64,000 nt of DNA from an uncultured Candidatus Poseidoniales archaeon (GTDB lineage Archaea > Thermoplasmatota > Poseidoniia > Poseidoniales > Poseidoniaceae), in NCBI GenBank assembly GCA_902563095.1, contig CACEWA010000006.1, positions 6,713 through 70,712 of the forward strand. Direction: 5' to 3'. The stretch's first letter is position 1. Each line of letters begins with the position of its first letter. A model generated the notes under the pieces. It did not search any database, was not told the DNA's origin, and worked only from the letters and a program-made list of their open reading frames with translations. A program made the translations under genes and the position numbers. Below, one piece after another: positions 19,043 through 27,799 of this stretch.

Positions 19043-20542
19043 TCAGAACAAAGTAGTTTGACCTGTATCTTCCTTTGATTCTTCTTTTTCATCTTGCAAC
19101 TTCGGTGTGGATTGTGTAATTGGTTCATGCACTTGCGCGCTAGACGATTCTAATTCCTTAGCATACTTCTCAAGTAATTCCTTAGTGGTTCGATGGCTTA
19201 CAGAAAGGCCACTAATAGCTGCATGCTCTTCTGGCGATAATCCAAGAGCAAGAGAAATCGAAAAATCTTCACTATTCTCGGATTGCACTGCAACTAATGA
19301 GGGAAGTAACTCTTCTCTAACCGCTCTCTTAGAGCAACCACAAGTTTCAGCAAGACGGTCTACTACTGAACGTTTAACCCAAGCAGAACCTCGGCGTAAA
19401 AATCCAGGGTATGAACAAAAAACACGACCTTCAACTGGCTTAGGCATTGTAACACTAGCAGATAATCCAGAAAGATTTGAGGACCAATACCACGAACGAT
19501 GAGCTGTATTTCTGAAGCGAGATGTTAGAAGGCAATCTGCAAGAGATAATGAGGATGAGCCTCTTCTGACAGCTCCTTGATCGGTGAAAACAACACCATT
19601 GTTCCATGAAACCCAAGCAACCATATCATCCGGACTCTTATCCAATGACCTTGAGGCTTTCATCGCATTTTGTGCAGTTCGGGAGCGATAAAGTAAGTCT
19701 AATCCAGGGAATATTTCAACCGAAGTATCTCTAACACCGGTTTCAATATTTTCTTTCACCATTTCCCTAGTCAAATTAGAATCAATAAGTGAGCACATTA
19801 CCTGCAAATCGCGGACCAATGCTCGAAGGTCTCCAGGATTATTGTTGACTAATTCGTCTATAGCACCAGGATCTGCAGTAAACCCTTCTTCTTTGATTAC
19901 ACGTAAAGCAATTCTTCTCAGGGCCTCGTTCGACGCCCTTTCAAATCTAATAGTTATAAGATGTTTTGAGAATCTATCACGTGCAGTTCTCCATGTTGAC
20001 GAGGTTCTACCCCATAATCCCATTTCATCGTTACAAGCTAAAATCACAGGTTGTCTAGTATCTGCAAGTAAATTCAACAGTTCAGCTTTGCCACCACTAT
20101 CACCTTTCAAAGCCTTTGAATCATCAAAATCCTCACCTGAGACAATTGATGATATTCTATCCGCAGAAATTTCACGCAGACCGCCAGATAAGTGGTCAAC
20201 TTCATCCAACAAAATCAATGTTCGAGGAGGTTTGGTTCCTGGAGTCATGAAAAGCGAACCATGTGTAGATGCATGAGTTGCTGCTTTTCTAATCGCACCC
20301 GCATTTCTAGCATCACTGGCATTCAATTCGATTACTTGCCATTCCATATCGGCAGCCACTGCCCTTGCAACGGTTGTCTTTCCTACACCAGGAGGTCCTA
20401 TCAATAACAACCCTGGTTTGTTAGGTCTACCTTCTTTCCACTGGTCTAACCAAGCACGAATTTTCTTGCGCTGTGCCTCATTCCCTTCTAACTGGCGTTC
20501 GCTCACTGGACGGTGACGTTCAGTCCAATCACTCGCCACCAT
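19043..20542 (-). CDS. rfcL: Replication factor C large subunit
   Basis: 499-aa AAA+ protein with Walker A LLIGPPGVGKTT and Walker B LILLDEVDHL. The N-terminus is WTERHRPVSERQLEGNEA. The acidic C-terminal tail ends in a PIP-box-like GQTTLF. Confidence 0.85.
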   Translation of the reverse strand: MVASDWTERHRPVSERQLEGNEAQRKKIRAWLDQWKEGRPNKPGLLLIGPPGVGKTTVARAVAADMEWQVIELNASDARNAGAIRKAATHASTHGSLFMTPGTKPPRTLILLDEVDHLSGGLREISADRISSIVSGEDFDDSKALKGDSGGKAELLNLLADTRQPVILACNDEMGLWGRTSSTWRTARDRFSKHLITIRFERASNEALRRIALRVIKEEGFTADPGAIDELVNNNPGDLRALVRDLQVMCSLIDSNLTREMVKENIETGVRDTSVEIFPGLDLLYRSRTAQNAMKASRSLDKSPDDMVAWVSWNNGVVFTDQGAVRRGSSSLSLADCLLTSRFRNTAHRSWYWSSNLSGLSASVTMPKPVEGRVFCSYPGFLRRGSAWVKRSVVDRLAETCGCSKRAVREELLPSLVAVQSENSEDFSISLALGLSPEEHAAISGLSVSHRTTKELLEKYAKELESSSAQVHEPITQSTPKLQDEKEESKEDTGQTTLF

Positions 20543-20583
20543 GCATCATTCTTTTGCTAGGCCCCATTTGAACATTGAGTTGT

Positions 20584-22254
20584 TCAAAATGGTAAATCAT
20601 CAATTGAAACCCGAGTTTGTTCACCCGAATCTCTATTCCTAAGTGTGACAGTATTATCTGACAGAGATTCATGATCAACAGTAATGCACCAAGGAACTCC
20701 AATCTCGTCAGCTCTAGCGTATCTCTTGCCAATTGAACCGCTTGCATCATAAACTGAAAATATATTCTTGCGACTACAGAGATCTCTGTGTATTTTTTGA
20801 GCGAGTAAATCCATTCCATCTTTCTCGAATAAGGGAAGAACTGTTACATCAACAGGTGCTATAACTTCAGGCAGGGAAAGATATGCATAATCTTCTCCTG
20901 ATTTTTCGGTTTCTGTGTATGAATGGTCCAGCAAATGCCAGATTATCCTATCAATGCCGAACGCAGGTTCAACAACATGTGGGACAAACCATTCTCCATT
21001 TACATTTTCAGTACGTTGCACCCGCTTGACATGTTCTGGTAAAATTTGCAAATCTGTTCCTTCAATATTTTGTGACAACGGGAAACTAGAATCGGATGGT
21101 AAACCTTCAACGAACTGATTCACCTTACCTGCAAGTGATCTGAAAGCAGGTCCTGCTTTTGCGCCATCGGTAGTCCAACCATCAATTTCTACGACCTTGG
21201 GCTCATCAAAAGTTCTCCAAGCACGGAGCCTTTGTCCTGTTGCTTCTTCATGTGCAGTCAAGTCATAGCAACCCCTGTGTGCAATACCTACACATTCTAT
21301 CCATCCATATGAGCCTAAAATTTCTGCATCCCAGCAATCTTGAGCATAATGGGCCATTTCTGTCGACTCATGTTGTCTAAATCGCAAAAACGAGGGATTT
21401 ATTCCCACAGATAACAGAAAATCCATTGTCCAACCCATAAAATAACCAACAGTAGGATGTCTTATGACTCCATTATCGACTGCTTTTTCTAGAGTCATTA
21501 CAACTTCTCCCCCATCATCTGCAATCAATGTAACCGGATTTTTCCAAAGTGAAAAATCATGGATTGGTGCAATCTCTGGATCTATGAAATACTCCAATTC
21601 TGCCATGTTGAATTCTCGCAAACGTATCATTCCTTGACGAGGGCTAATCTCGTTCCGATAGCCTTTTCCTGTTTGAATGGCTCCAAACGGAAGGCGTTCG
21701 CGGAAATGTCGATATATGGAAGTAAAAGATGTGAACATCCCTTGTGCAGTTTCAGGTCGCAAGAAACCTTGACGGCCAGAAAGACCAGCGCCAATCTTTG
21801 TATTAAACATCAAATTCTGTGCTTCAATTTCACCCCAGTCGCTCGCACCACAAGCAGGGCACTGAGGGTTATGTTCTTCGATTAATTTGGACAACTCGTC
21901 TTTAGAAAGAGTGTCAGCATTCGGATGAATATCTTCGACTAAATGGTCTGCTCTACTTGCTTCACCACACTCGCTACATTCAGTTAAATAATCACTAAAC
22001 TCACCGACATGACCACTTGCTTCGAGGACCGAATATGGAGTGATTGTGGGGCAAGAAATCTCTACTATGTTCCCTAAACTTTGCCAATGATCGATCCAAG
22101 TTTGATTGACACGATTACGTAACCGGCCACCTACTGGCCCGAAATCATACAATCCGGCAGCTCCGCCATGAATTTCAAACGCAGGAAGGATTACTCCTCT
22201 GCGTTTTAGCATACCAGTTAGCCTGCCTAAACGCTCAGTGTTGAACTCCTCCAT
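20584..22254 (-). CDS. glyS: Glycyl-tRNA synthetase (archaeal/eukaryotic alpha2 type)
   Basis: 556 aa with ILPAFEIHGGAAGLYDFGPVG, FLRPETAQGMF, GYRNEISPRQGMIRLREFNMAELEYF and the anticodon-binding C-terminus (GKRYARADEIGVPWCITVD). Confidence 0.9.
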   Translation of the reverse strand: MEEFNTERLGRLTGMLKRRGVILPAFEIHGGAAGLYDFGPVGGRLRNRVNQTWIDHWQSLGNIVEISCPTITPYSVLEASGHVGEFSDYLTECSECGEASRADHLVEDIHPNADTLSKDELSKLIEEHNPQCPACGASDWGEIEAQNLMFNTKIGAGLSGRQGFLRPETAQGMFTSFTSIYRHFRERLPFGAIQTGKGYRNEISPRQGMIRLREFNMAELEYFIDPEIAPIHDFSLWKNPVTLIADDGGEVVMTLEKAVDNGVIRHPTVGYFMGWTMDFLLSVGINPSFLRFRQHESTEMAHYAQDCWDAEILGSYGWIECVGIAHRGCYDLTAHEEATGQRLRAWRTFDEPKVVEIDGWTTDGAKAGPAFRSLAGKVNQFVEGLPSDSSFPLSQNIEGTDLQILPEHVKRVQRTENVNGEWFVPHVVEPAFGIDRIIWHLLDHSYTETEKSGEDYAYLSLPEVIAPVDVTVLPLFEKDGMDLLAQKIHRDLCSRKNIFSVYDASGSIGKRYARADEIGVPWCITVDHESLSDNTVTLRNRDSGEQTRVSIDDLPF

Positions 22255-22269
22255 GCACCTGCGTATTCA

Positions 22270-22378
22270 AAGGGGTACATGAGGCCACCTCTTATTGTGA
22301 AGATGAAAATAGGATTTTACAAATTTCTCAAGTTCCTTCACAATGTCAATTTCACCCCTTCAGTAGGCTTTTTTTTAA
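22270..22378. repeat. Nested inverted repeats followed by a T8 run in the glyS/lhr divergent intergenic region
   Basis: The outer stem pairs AAGGGGT (22270-22276) with ACCCCTT (22354-22360). The inner stem pairs ATTGTGAAG (22294-22302) with CTTCACAAT (22336-22344). A run of eight T follows at about 22370-22377. All read directly from the sequence. Confidence 0.3.
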
Positions 22379-22471
22379 TGCCAACAATTGATGTTATTGT
22401 ACATTAGTTAAAACCAAACATTCAAGACCTCGTTGCGCACGCTCCCAATCACGGATAGTGAGTTGATAATA

Positions 22472-25400
22472 ATGGCAAATATCTCATACCTAGAAAATCC
22501 ACTCGAAAGTGAGGATTTGTATGAGAAATTGTGTCAGCCTGTTCGTAATTGGTTCAAACAAAAATTTCCTGATTTTACAGAACCCCAAAAATTAGCAATT
22601 CCATCCATTATGAACAAGGACCATTTGTTACTTTGTTCTCCTACTGGATCCGGTAAAACTCTTACAGCATTTCTAACAATTATTGACGACTTAGTTCGTC
22701 ATGCCTTGGAAGGTACTCTGGAAGAGAGAGTATATTGCTTGTATATTTCACCAATCAAAGCATTAGCTAATGATATTCAAAAGAATCTAATTGGACCTCT
22801 TGAGGAAATCGAGAAAAATTACCTTCCAGATAGAGCTCAAGGTAAAATTAGAGTTGGACTACGTACCGGTGATACTCCACAATCAGAAAGGCAAAAAATG
22901 CTCAGAAAGCCACCCCACATACTTATCACAACTCCAGAAAGTATGGCGATTGCAATATCATCTCCTCGATTCCAACCAATTGTTTCTAATGTCGAATGGA
23001 TAATTATTGATGAAATGCATTCACTAGTTCCATCAAAACGAGGTGTACATCTTGCACTAACTATTTCCTTACTAGACACAATACTTGAACGTCCAGTTCA
23101 AAGAATTGGTATTTCAGCGACTATGGAACCTCTAGAAACTGTTGCTGAATACCTGGTGGCAAGTGATGATAGGGAAAGCAGGAATGAGAATCAATCTGTT
23201 AAAATTGCAAAAATTAGTGGTGCTAGGGAATTAGACTTGGACATACTTTTGTGTTCACCTAAATTTAGCGAACTTTCTGTAATGAAAGTTCTCGAAATGA
23301 ATGTCGAAATGGTTGCCGACCTAATTAGTGCACATACAACAACTCTAGTATTCGCTAATACGAGGAAAATGACTGAAACATTAGTCCAAAAGTTACGTCC
23401 ATTTTTGGGAGATTTGGTTGCTGGGCACCACGGTTCGATGGACAAGAGAATCAGGTTGGATGTAGAAAGAAAACTCAAATTGGGACACCTTAGGGCTGTA
23501 GTTACGTCTTCATCACTTGAAATGGGAATAGATATCGGTTCTGTAGATCTGGTGATTCAAATAGGCTCTCCTGGCGATATAGCAACTGCCCTACAGAGAA
23601 TCGGGAGGGCGGGGCACCATGTTGGAGGCATTCCACGCGCTCGATTCCTACCAACAAGTGTTGATGATTTAATCGAGTTAGCAGCACTACAATCTGCTAT
23701 TCAAACCGGTGACATGGATTTACTTGATTTTCCACAAAATTGTCTAGATGTACTTGCTCAATTCCTAATTGGTTTAGTCATCATTAATGAAAGAGATATT
23801 GATGAAGCGTTTGAAGTTGTAACTAGTACATGGTCATACAGAAACCTAGGATATGACGATTTTATTGAAGTACTTGATATGCTAGAAGAAGAAAGGCGTG
23901 TTTGGATTGATTGGGAAGATAATATCTATGGAAAACGTGGATATTCTAGAATGATATATTATACAAATATAGGTACAATAGCACCTGATAATTCATATCT
24001 TGTTTTCAATGCGGAAGGCAGTATATTAGGACAGTTATCATCATCCTTCGTCGCTAATTTACGAGGAGGAGATGTAATTTTACTAGGTGGTTCAACATAC
24101 CGAGTCACAAATATTCAAGGCACTAGAGTTAATGTAAATTCAGTCACTGGATACAGACCTACTGTTCCTTCTTGGAGCGGTGAAGCCAGGAGTAGGTCTA
24201 GGGAATTATCAAAAGCATTGCTCGATTTGATTGGGCACAGTGTTAATGCTCTTAGAAGGCAGAATGACCCTAGAGTTATTTTGCGAGATGTATACGGTTT
24301 AGGTGAAGGGGTTTCAAACACAATTGCTCGTCATTTAGAGGAGCACACATTGGACTCTTTCCAAGTACCAGACCCCAATAGATTGATCGTCGAACAAATC
24401 GTTTCTGGAGGTATGCCAACATACCTAATCACATCATGTCGTGGCAGAGGTTTCAATACCGCGCTAGGTTATTTCATGGCTGGTTTAGCCGAACAAGACG
24501 GTATTGCAGTATTGGAGTTGTCTTTTGATGAAAATGGACTATTGATTAAAACTAGTCAAGAAGTTGACCCGGGTAAAATGTATGAATATTTCCAATCTAA
24601 TGACCATATGGAAGTTATTGAGCGTTACATTGTGAACACGCAAATTTTCGCTAAGAGATTTAGAGAAATAGCCGGACGCTCGCTAATTATTCCTAAACGA
24701 ATAGGCGCAGAAGAAGTCAGTCCACAACAATTCCAGCAACGAGCTGATGCATTATTACAACGACATCGTTCAATCGAAGATTCACTGCTGATCAGAGAAG
24801 CCAAAGCCGAAATTATGTTTGGTGACATAGATATTATTTCACTGAATCAATTCTTAGAAGCGAGTAAGGAAAATATAGCAAGGATTGTTCATACTAAAGT
24901 CCCCGTACCATCGAGACTTGGAATGAGTCTTTACATGAGCACATTCGAGGATTTGCTTTCAATGAAAACAAGGGCTTTCCTTGTCAAAGATATTGACCCT
25001 GAAATCCTAAAACGACTCCTAGGAAACCGAAGTCTTGCTACAGAATTGAGCGATGAACAAATCGATGAATATTACTCTAGTAAAGTTCCGAAGCCAACTA
25101 ATTCAACCGAGCTCCTTAATCTAATGAGCAAAGGTGGAGGTTTGGATAGAAAATGGGAGAATCCACTATACGCATCCAAACTAAAGGGAATCGAACACAG
25201 CACAATAGAAGGATGGGTTCGAGAATTGGCCAAACAAGGCAAGATTACAAAATTACGCTCGACAGGAACAGCAGAACTGGATGACAAATGGTTCACGACT
25301 TATATGGCAGAGATTCACGGTACTTTGGGGAGAATTTCTGAAGCTGGCGGTAAAGAAATGGAAGATATTCGTGACCTTTACACCAAAGGTATCAGTTATG

Positions 25401-27757
25401 AAGTTGCGACTGAATTTGACGGCCTAAATGGAACCAAATGGGAAAAGCGCAAAATTACCGATCCTCATGAAGCATTAAGAGTGAAAATTATCGAAATGCT
25501 AGGTAGCGAAGGTCCTGCTAAAGGAGACCAGATCAATTCGCGATTACCATTCCCTCAGGGTCAGATTGATTCTATTTTGCATGAATTAGAAATTCGAAAT
25601 GTTATCTCAGTAGGATTCTATAGACAGACTGATGATGCAGAATATATTCTCAAGGTTGATGAGCATAAAATCACCGGCGGAGAAGAAGATGTTGTTGAAT
25701 ACCGATGGGTACAAAACATGGTTATGAAGAAATCATTCGAACAATATGGTGACGGTTTCACAGCATTCGACCAACACATATTATTCCAAAAGCAGCAAGA
25801 GATGCTATATCGTGTCGATGGTTTCCGATATGCCGATTGGAAAGATTTGCAACTAGATTCAGATGTTGTAATGGGAAGGTTATTGCATAATCGAATAGGA
25901 TATACTACGCGTAAGAATATTCCAATGCTGCTGGGATTGAAACCAGAGCCATGGCTAGGTGAAATGGAAAAGTTGATTCTCGAAAAAATTCCAATAGGTG
26001 AAAACTTGACGCGCCAGGAAATTCTTATGGATTTCCCAAAGGGTGAAGATCACAAATCTCTTCAAAGAGATCTAAAGAATGCAATCAGTAATTTGGAAAG
26101 GCAACTATGTTTGGTAAAACAATTCGAAGATGTGAGCGGTCGTAGAAGAAGATTGTCTTTGTTCCACAGAGTTATCGATGTCTATAAGCCAATGGATTTC
26201 GAAGATTCACTAGTTGAAGTCATCAAGAGAATGGGTCCAGTAAAGGCCTTCACTCTGAGATATTATGTCTCTAGAAGTGTTGAAGAATTAGCAATAGCAC
26301 TTCGAAATTTGGAGAATAAAGGAAGAATTGCAAAGATTATGGCATTGGTTCCAGAACCAGAGGCCTTCTATGTTCTTCCTGAAGAAGTTGCAAAACTGAG
26401 CACTCAAAGTAGAGAAGATAGAACATTACGTATTCTAACTCAATCTGACCCATATGTTTCTCGATTCATATGGGAAGTTCGCTCAGTTTTGGATAGAGGA
26501 TGGTACCTGCCAGTATTCAAAGGAGTTGACCCGATAGGCAAGGTATTGATGTTTAAGATAAACGATTATCTTGAAATCAAAGATATGCATATTCCATATG
26601 CTTACTTGGATGAATTCTGTGAAGCATTTGAAAAATTGTTGGACAACCACTCTGACCAACTAGTTGATGTTGCAGTATTGTCGCAATTTAACGGAATTCC
26701 TGTAACTGATTTAGAAGAGGACTCACGAATCGCTCTTGAAGGAATTGGTTTCAAATTAGCAGGAGAGAGAATGATTCGTGGAGGTATTGTAGATCCACAA
26801 CCGAGAGAGATTGCTGAAAGAGCTCTTTTCCATAGACATCACCTGCATCAAAATTCTCGTTTGGAAAATGAAATTCAGGCTCTTGAAAGTGTACAAGAAG
26901 TACGTGATGACTTTGGATTGCGTGGACGAGCAGAAGTCTATAGAGTCAGTTTGAAGAATATGGCAAGCGCCAACCAGTTACATCAAGGAATTAACCTCAG
27001 AGGACATCAAGTTTGGGCATCATATGACCACTTCTCTACATTACTAGCAATCCGTGGTGAAGAACCTAATGAGGAATTATTGGACATCCTTGAATTCTTC
27101 GAAAATCATAGTGACCCAAATCTGTTCATGGAAAGGCATGCAATGAAACGAGCTGCATTCAGGAAATTGATTCAGCCATTACTTCGTAGTGGCCACATGG
27201 TCCAAGATTACCGCGGTGGGTTCCGTTCGGTAGCACCTCGTAGAGGCTTAGACCCTGTTATTCTGCGGAGGGAATACCTACGCAGACTAGTTTCAGATTA
27301 CCCAGTTATCACACTAAAACAATTCACAAGATTGGCTGGAACTCCATTTAAGCCTGAAGAATTGAAAGCGATTTTAACCGAATTTGAAGAAGATTCAACG
27401 CTGATTAAAGGATTCCTAATTCAAGACTTGCACGAGGTTTGCTGGGGTAAGAAGGACTTACTTGATGAAGCTAAGAACGTCCCTCCTATTCGGGATTTTG
27501 TCATTCCTCCTTCAGACCCAATAGCCCCTTATTTCGCAGATGTGCTAAAACAAAAATTCGGCTTTGGTAGCGCATACCTAGTTTTCAGGAATGCAGAACC
27601 TGTGGCCGCATTCAAAGCAAATACTCGCGACAAAATAATCGATGTTACCGATTACGAAGGCTCAGAAAAGGGCTGGAGGATTGTGAAAGAATTCGCTTGG
27701 GAACATCAAATGCCACTAAAAACCGAACTTCGTATCGGTGGAAAACGAATGAAGTAA
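22472..27757 (+). CDS. lhr: Lhr-family superfamily-2 helicase with an unusually long C-terminal extension (about 1761 aa from the ATG at 22472; the ORF opens at the TTG at 22433)
   Basis: Helicase motifs are CSPTGSGKTLTAF (I), IIIDEMHSL (II), SSSLEMGIDIG and QRIGRAGH (VI). Lhr-type downstream domains run to about residue 900. The frame then stays open for about 860 more codons, which contain two YcaQ/AlkZ-like signature segments. Confidence 0.85.
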   Translation: MANISYLENPLESEDLYEKLCQPVRNWFKQKFPDFTEPQKLAIPSIMNKDHLLLCSPTGSGKTLTAFLTIIDDLVRHALEGTLEERVYCLYISPIKALANDIQKNLIGPLEEIEKNYLPDRAQGKIRVGLRTGDTPQSERQKMLRKPPHILITTPESMAIAISSPRFQPIVSNVEWIIIDEMHSLVPSKRGVHLALTISLLDTILERPVQRIGISATMEPLETVAEYLVASDDRESRNENQSVKIAKISGARELDLDILLCSPKFSELSVMKVLEMNVEMVADLISAHTTTLVFANTRKMTETLVQKLRPFLGDLVAGHHGSMDKRIRLDVERKLKLGHLRAVVTSSSLEMGIDIGSVDLVIQIGSPGDIATALQRIGRAGHHVGGIPRARFLPTSVDDLIELAALQSAIQTGDMDLLDFPQNCLDVLAQFLIGLVIINERDIDEAFEVVTSTWSYRNLGYDDFIEVLDMLEEERRVWIDWEDNIYGKRGYSRMIYYTNIGTIAPDNSYLVFNAEGSILGQLSSSFVANLRGGDVILLGGSTYRVTNIQGTRVNVNSVTGYRPTVPSWSGEARSRSRELSKALLDLIGHSVNALRRQNDPRVILRDVYGLGEGVSNTIARHLEEHTLDSFQVPDPNRLIVEQIVSGGMPTYLITSCRGRGFNTALGYFMAGLAEQDGIAVLELSFDENGLLIKTSQEVDPGKMYEYFQSNDHMEVIERYIVNTQIFAKRFREIAGRSLIIPKRIGAEEVSPQQFQQRADALLQRHRSIEDSLLIREAKAEIMFGDIDIISLNQFLEASKENIARIVHTKVPVPSRLGMSLYMSTFEDLLSMKTRAFLVKDIDPEILKRLLGNRSLATELSDEQIDEYYSSKVPKPTNSTELLNLMSKGGGLDRKWENPLYASKLKGIEHSTIEGWVRELAKQGKITKLRSTGTAELDDKWFTTYMAEIHGTLGRISEAGGKEMEDIRDLYTKGISYEVATEFDGLNGTKWEKRKITDPHEALRVKIIEMLGSEGPAKGDQINSRLPFPQGQIDSILHELEIRNVISVGFYRQTDDAEYILKVDEHKITGGEEDVVEYRWVQNMVMKKSFEQYGDGFTAFDQHILFQKQQEMLYRVDGFRYADWKDLQLDSDVVMGRLLHNRIGYTTRKNIPMLLGLKPEPWLGEMEKLILEKIPIGENLTRQEILMDFPKGEDHKSLQRDLKNAISNLERQLCLVKQFEDVSGRRRRLSLFHRVIDVYKPMDFEDSLVEVIKRMGPVKAFTLRYYVSRSVEELAIALRNLENKGRIAKIMALVPEPEAFYVLPEEVAKLSTQSREDRTLRILTQSDPYVSRFIWEVRSVLDRGWYLPVFKGVDPIGKVLMFKINDYLEIKDMHIPYAYLDEFCEAFEKLLDNHSDQLVDVAVLSQFNGIPVTDLEEDSRIALEGIGFKLAGERMIRGGIVDPQPREIAERALFHRHHLHQNSRLENEIQALESVQEVRDDFGLRGRAEVYRVSLKNMASANQLHQGINLRGHQVWASYDHFSTLLAIRGEEPNEELLDILEFFENHSDPNLFMERHAMKRAAFRKLIQPLLRSGHMVQDYRGGFRSVAPRRGLDPVILRREYLRRLVSDYPVITLKQFTRLAGTPFKPEELKAILTEFEEDSTLIKGFLIQDLHEVCWGKKDLLDEAKNVPPIRDFVIPPSDPIAPYFADVLKQKFGFGSAYLVFRNAEPVAAFKANTRDKIIDVTDYEGSEKGWRIVKEFAWEHQMPLKTELRIGGKRMK

Positions 27758-27799
27758 ATTACATAACGCAGTTTTGTGTGTTTATTGAGACTATATTCA

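Noticed and set aside
20529-20819. 96-aa minus-strand ORF bridging the glyS 3' end and the rfcL start region
   Set aside because: It is out of frame with and overlaps the well-supported glyS C-terminus, and it has no motifs.
22279-22410. 43-codon ORF (MRPPLIVKMKIGFYKFLKFLHNVNFTPSVGFFLMPTIDVIVH) in the glyS/lhr spacer
   Set aside because: It has no recognisable family and spans AT-rich promoter-like sequence and the inverted repeats. It is more likely non-coding. I kept it only as a note inside the nested-hairpin finding.
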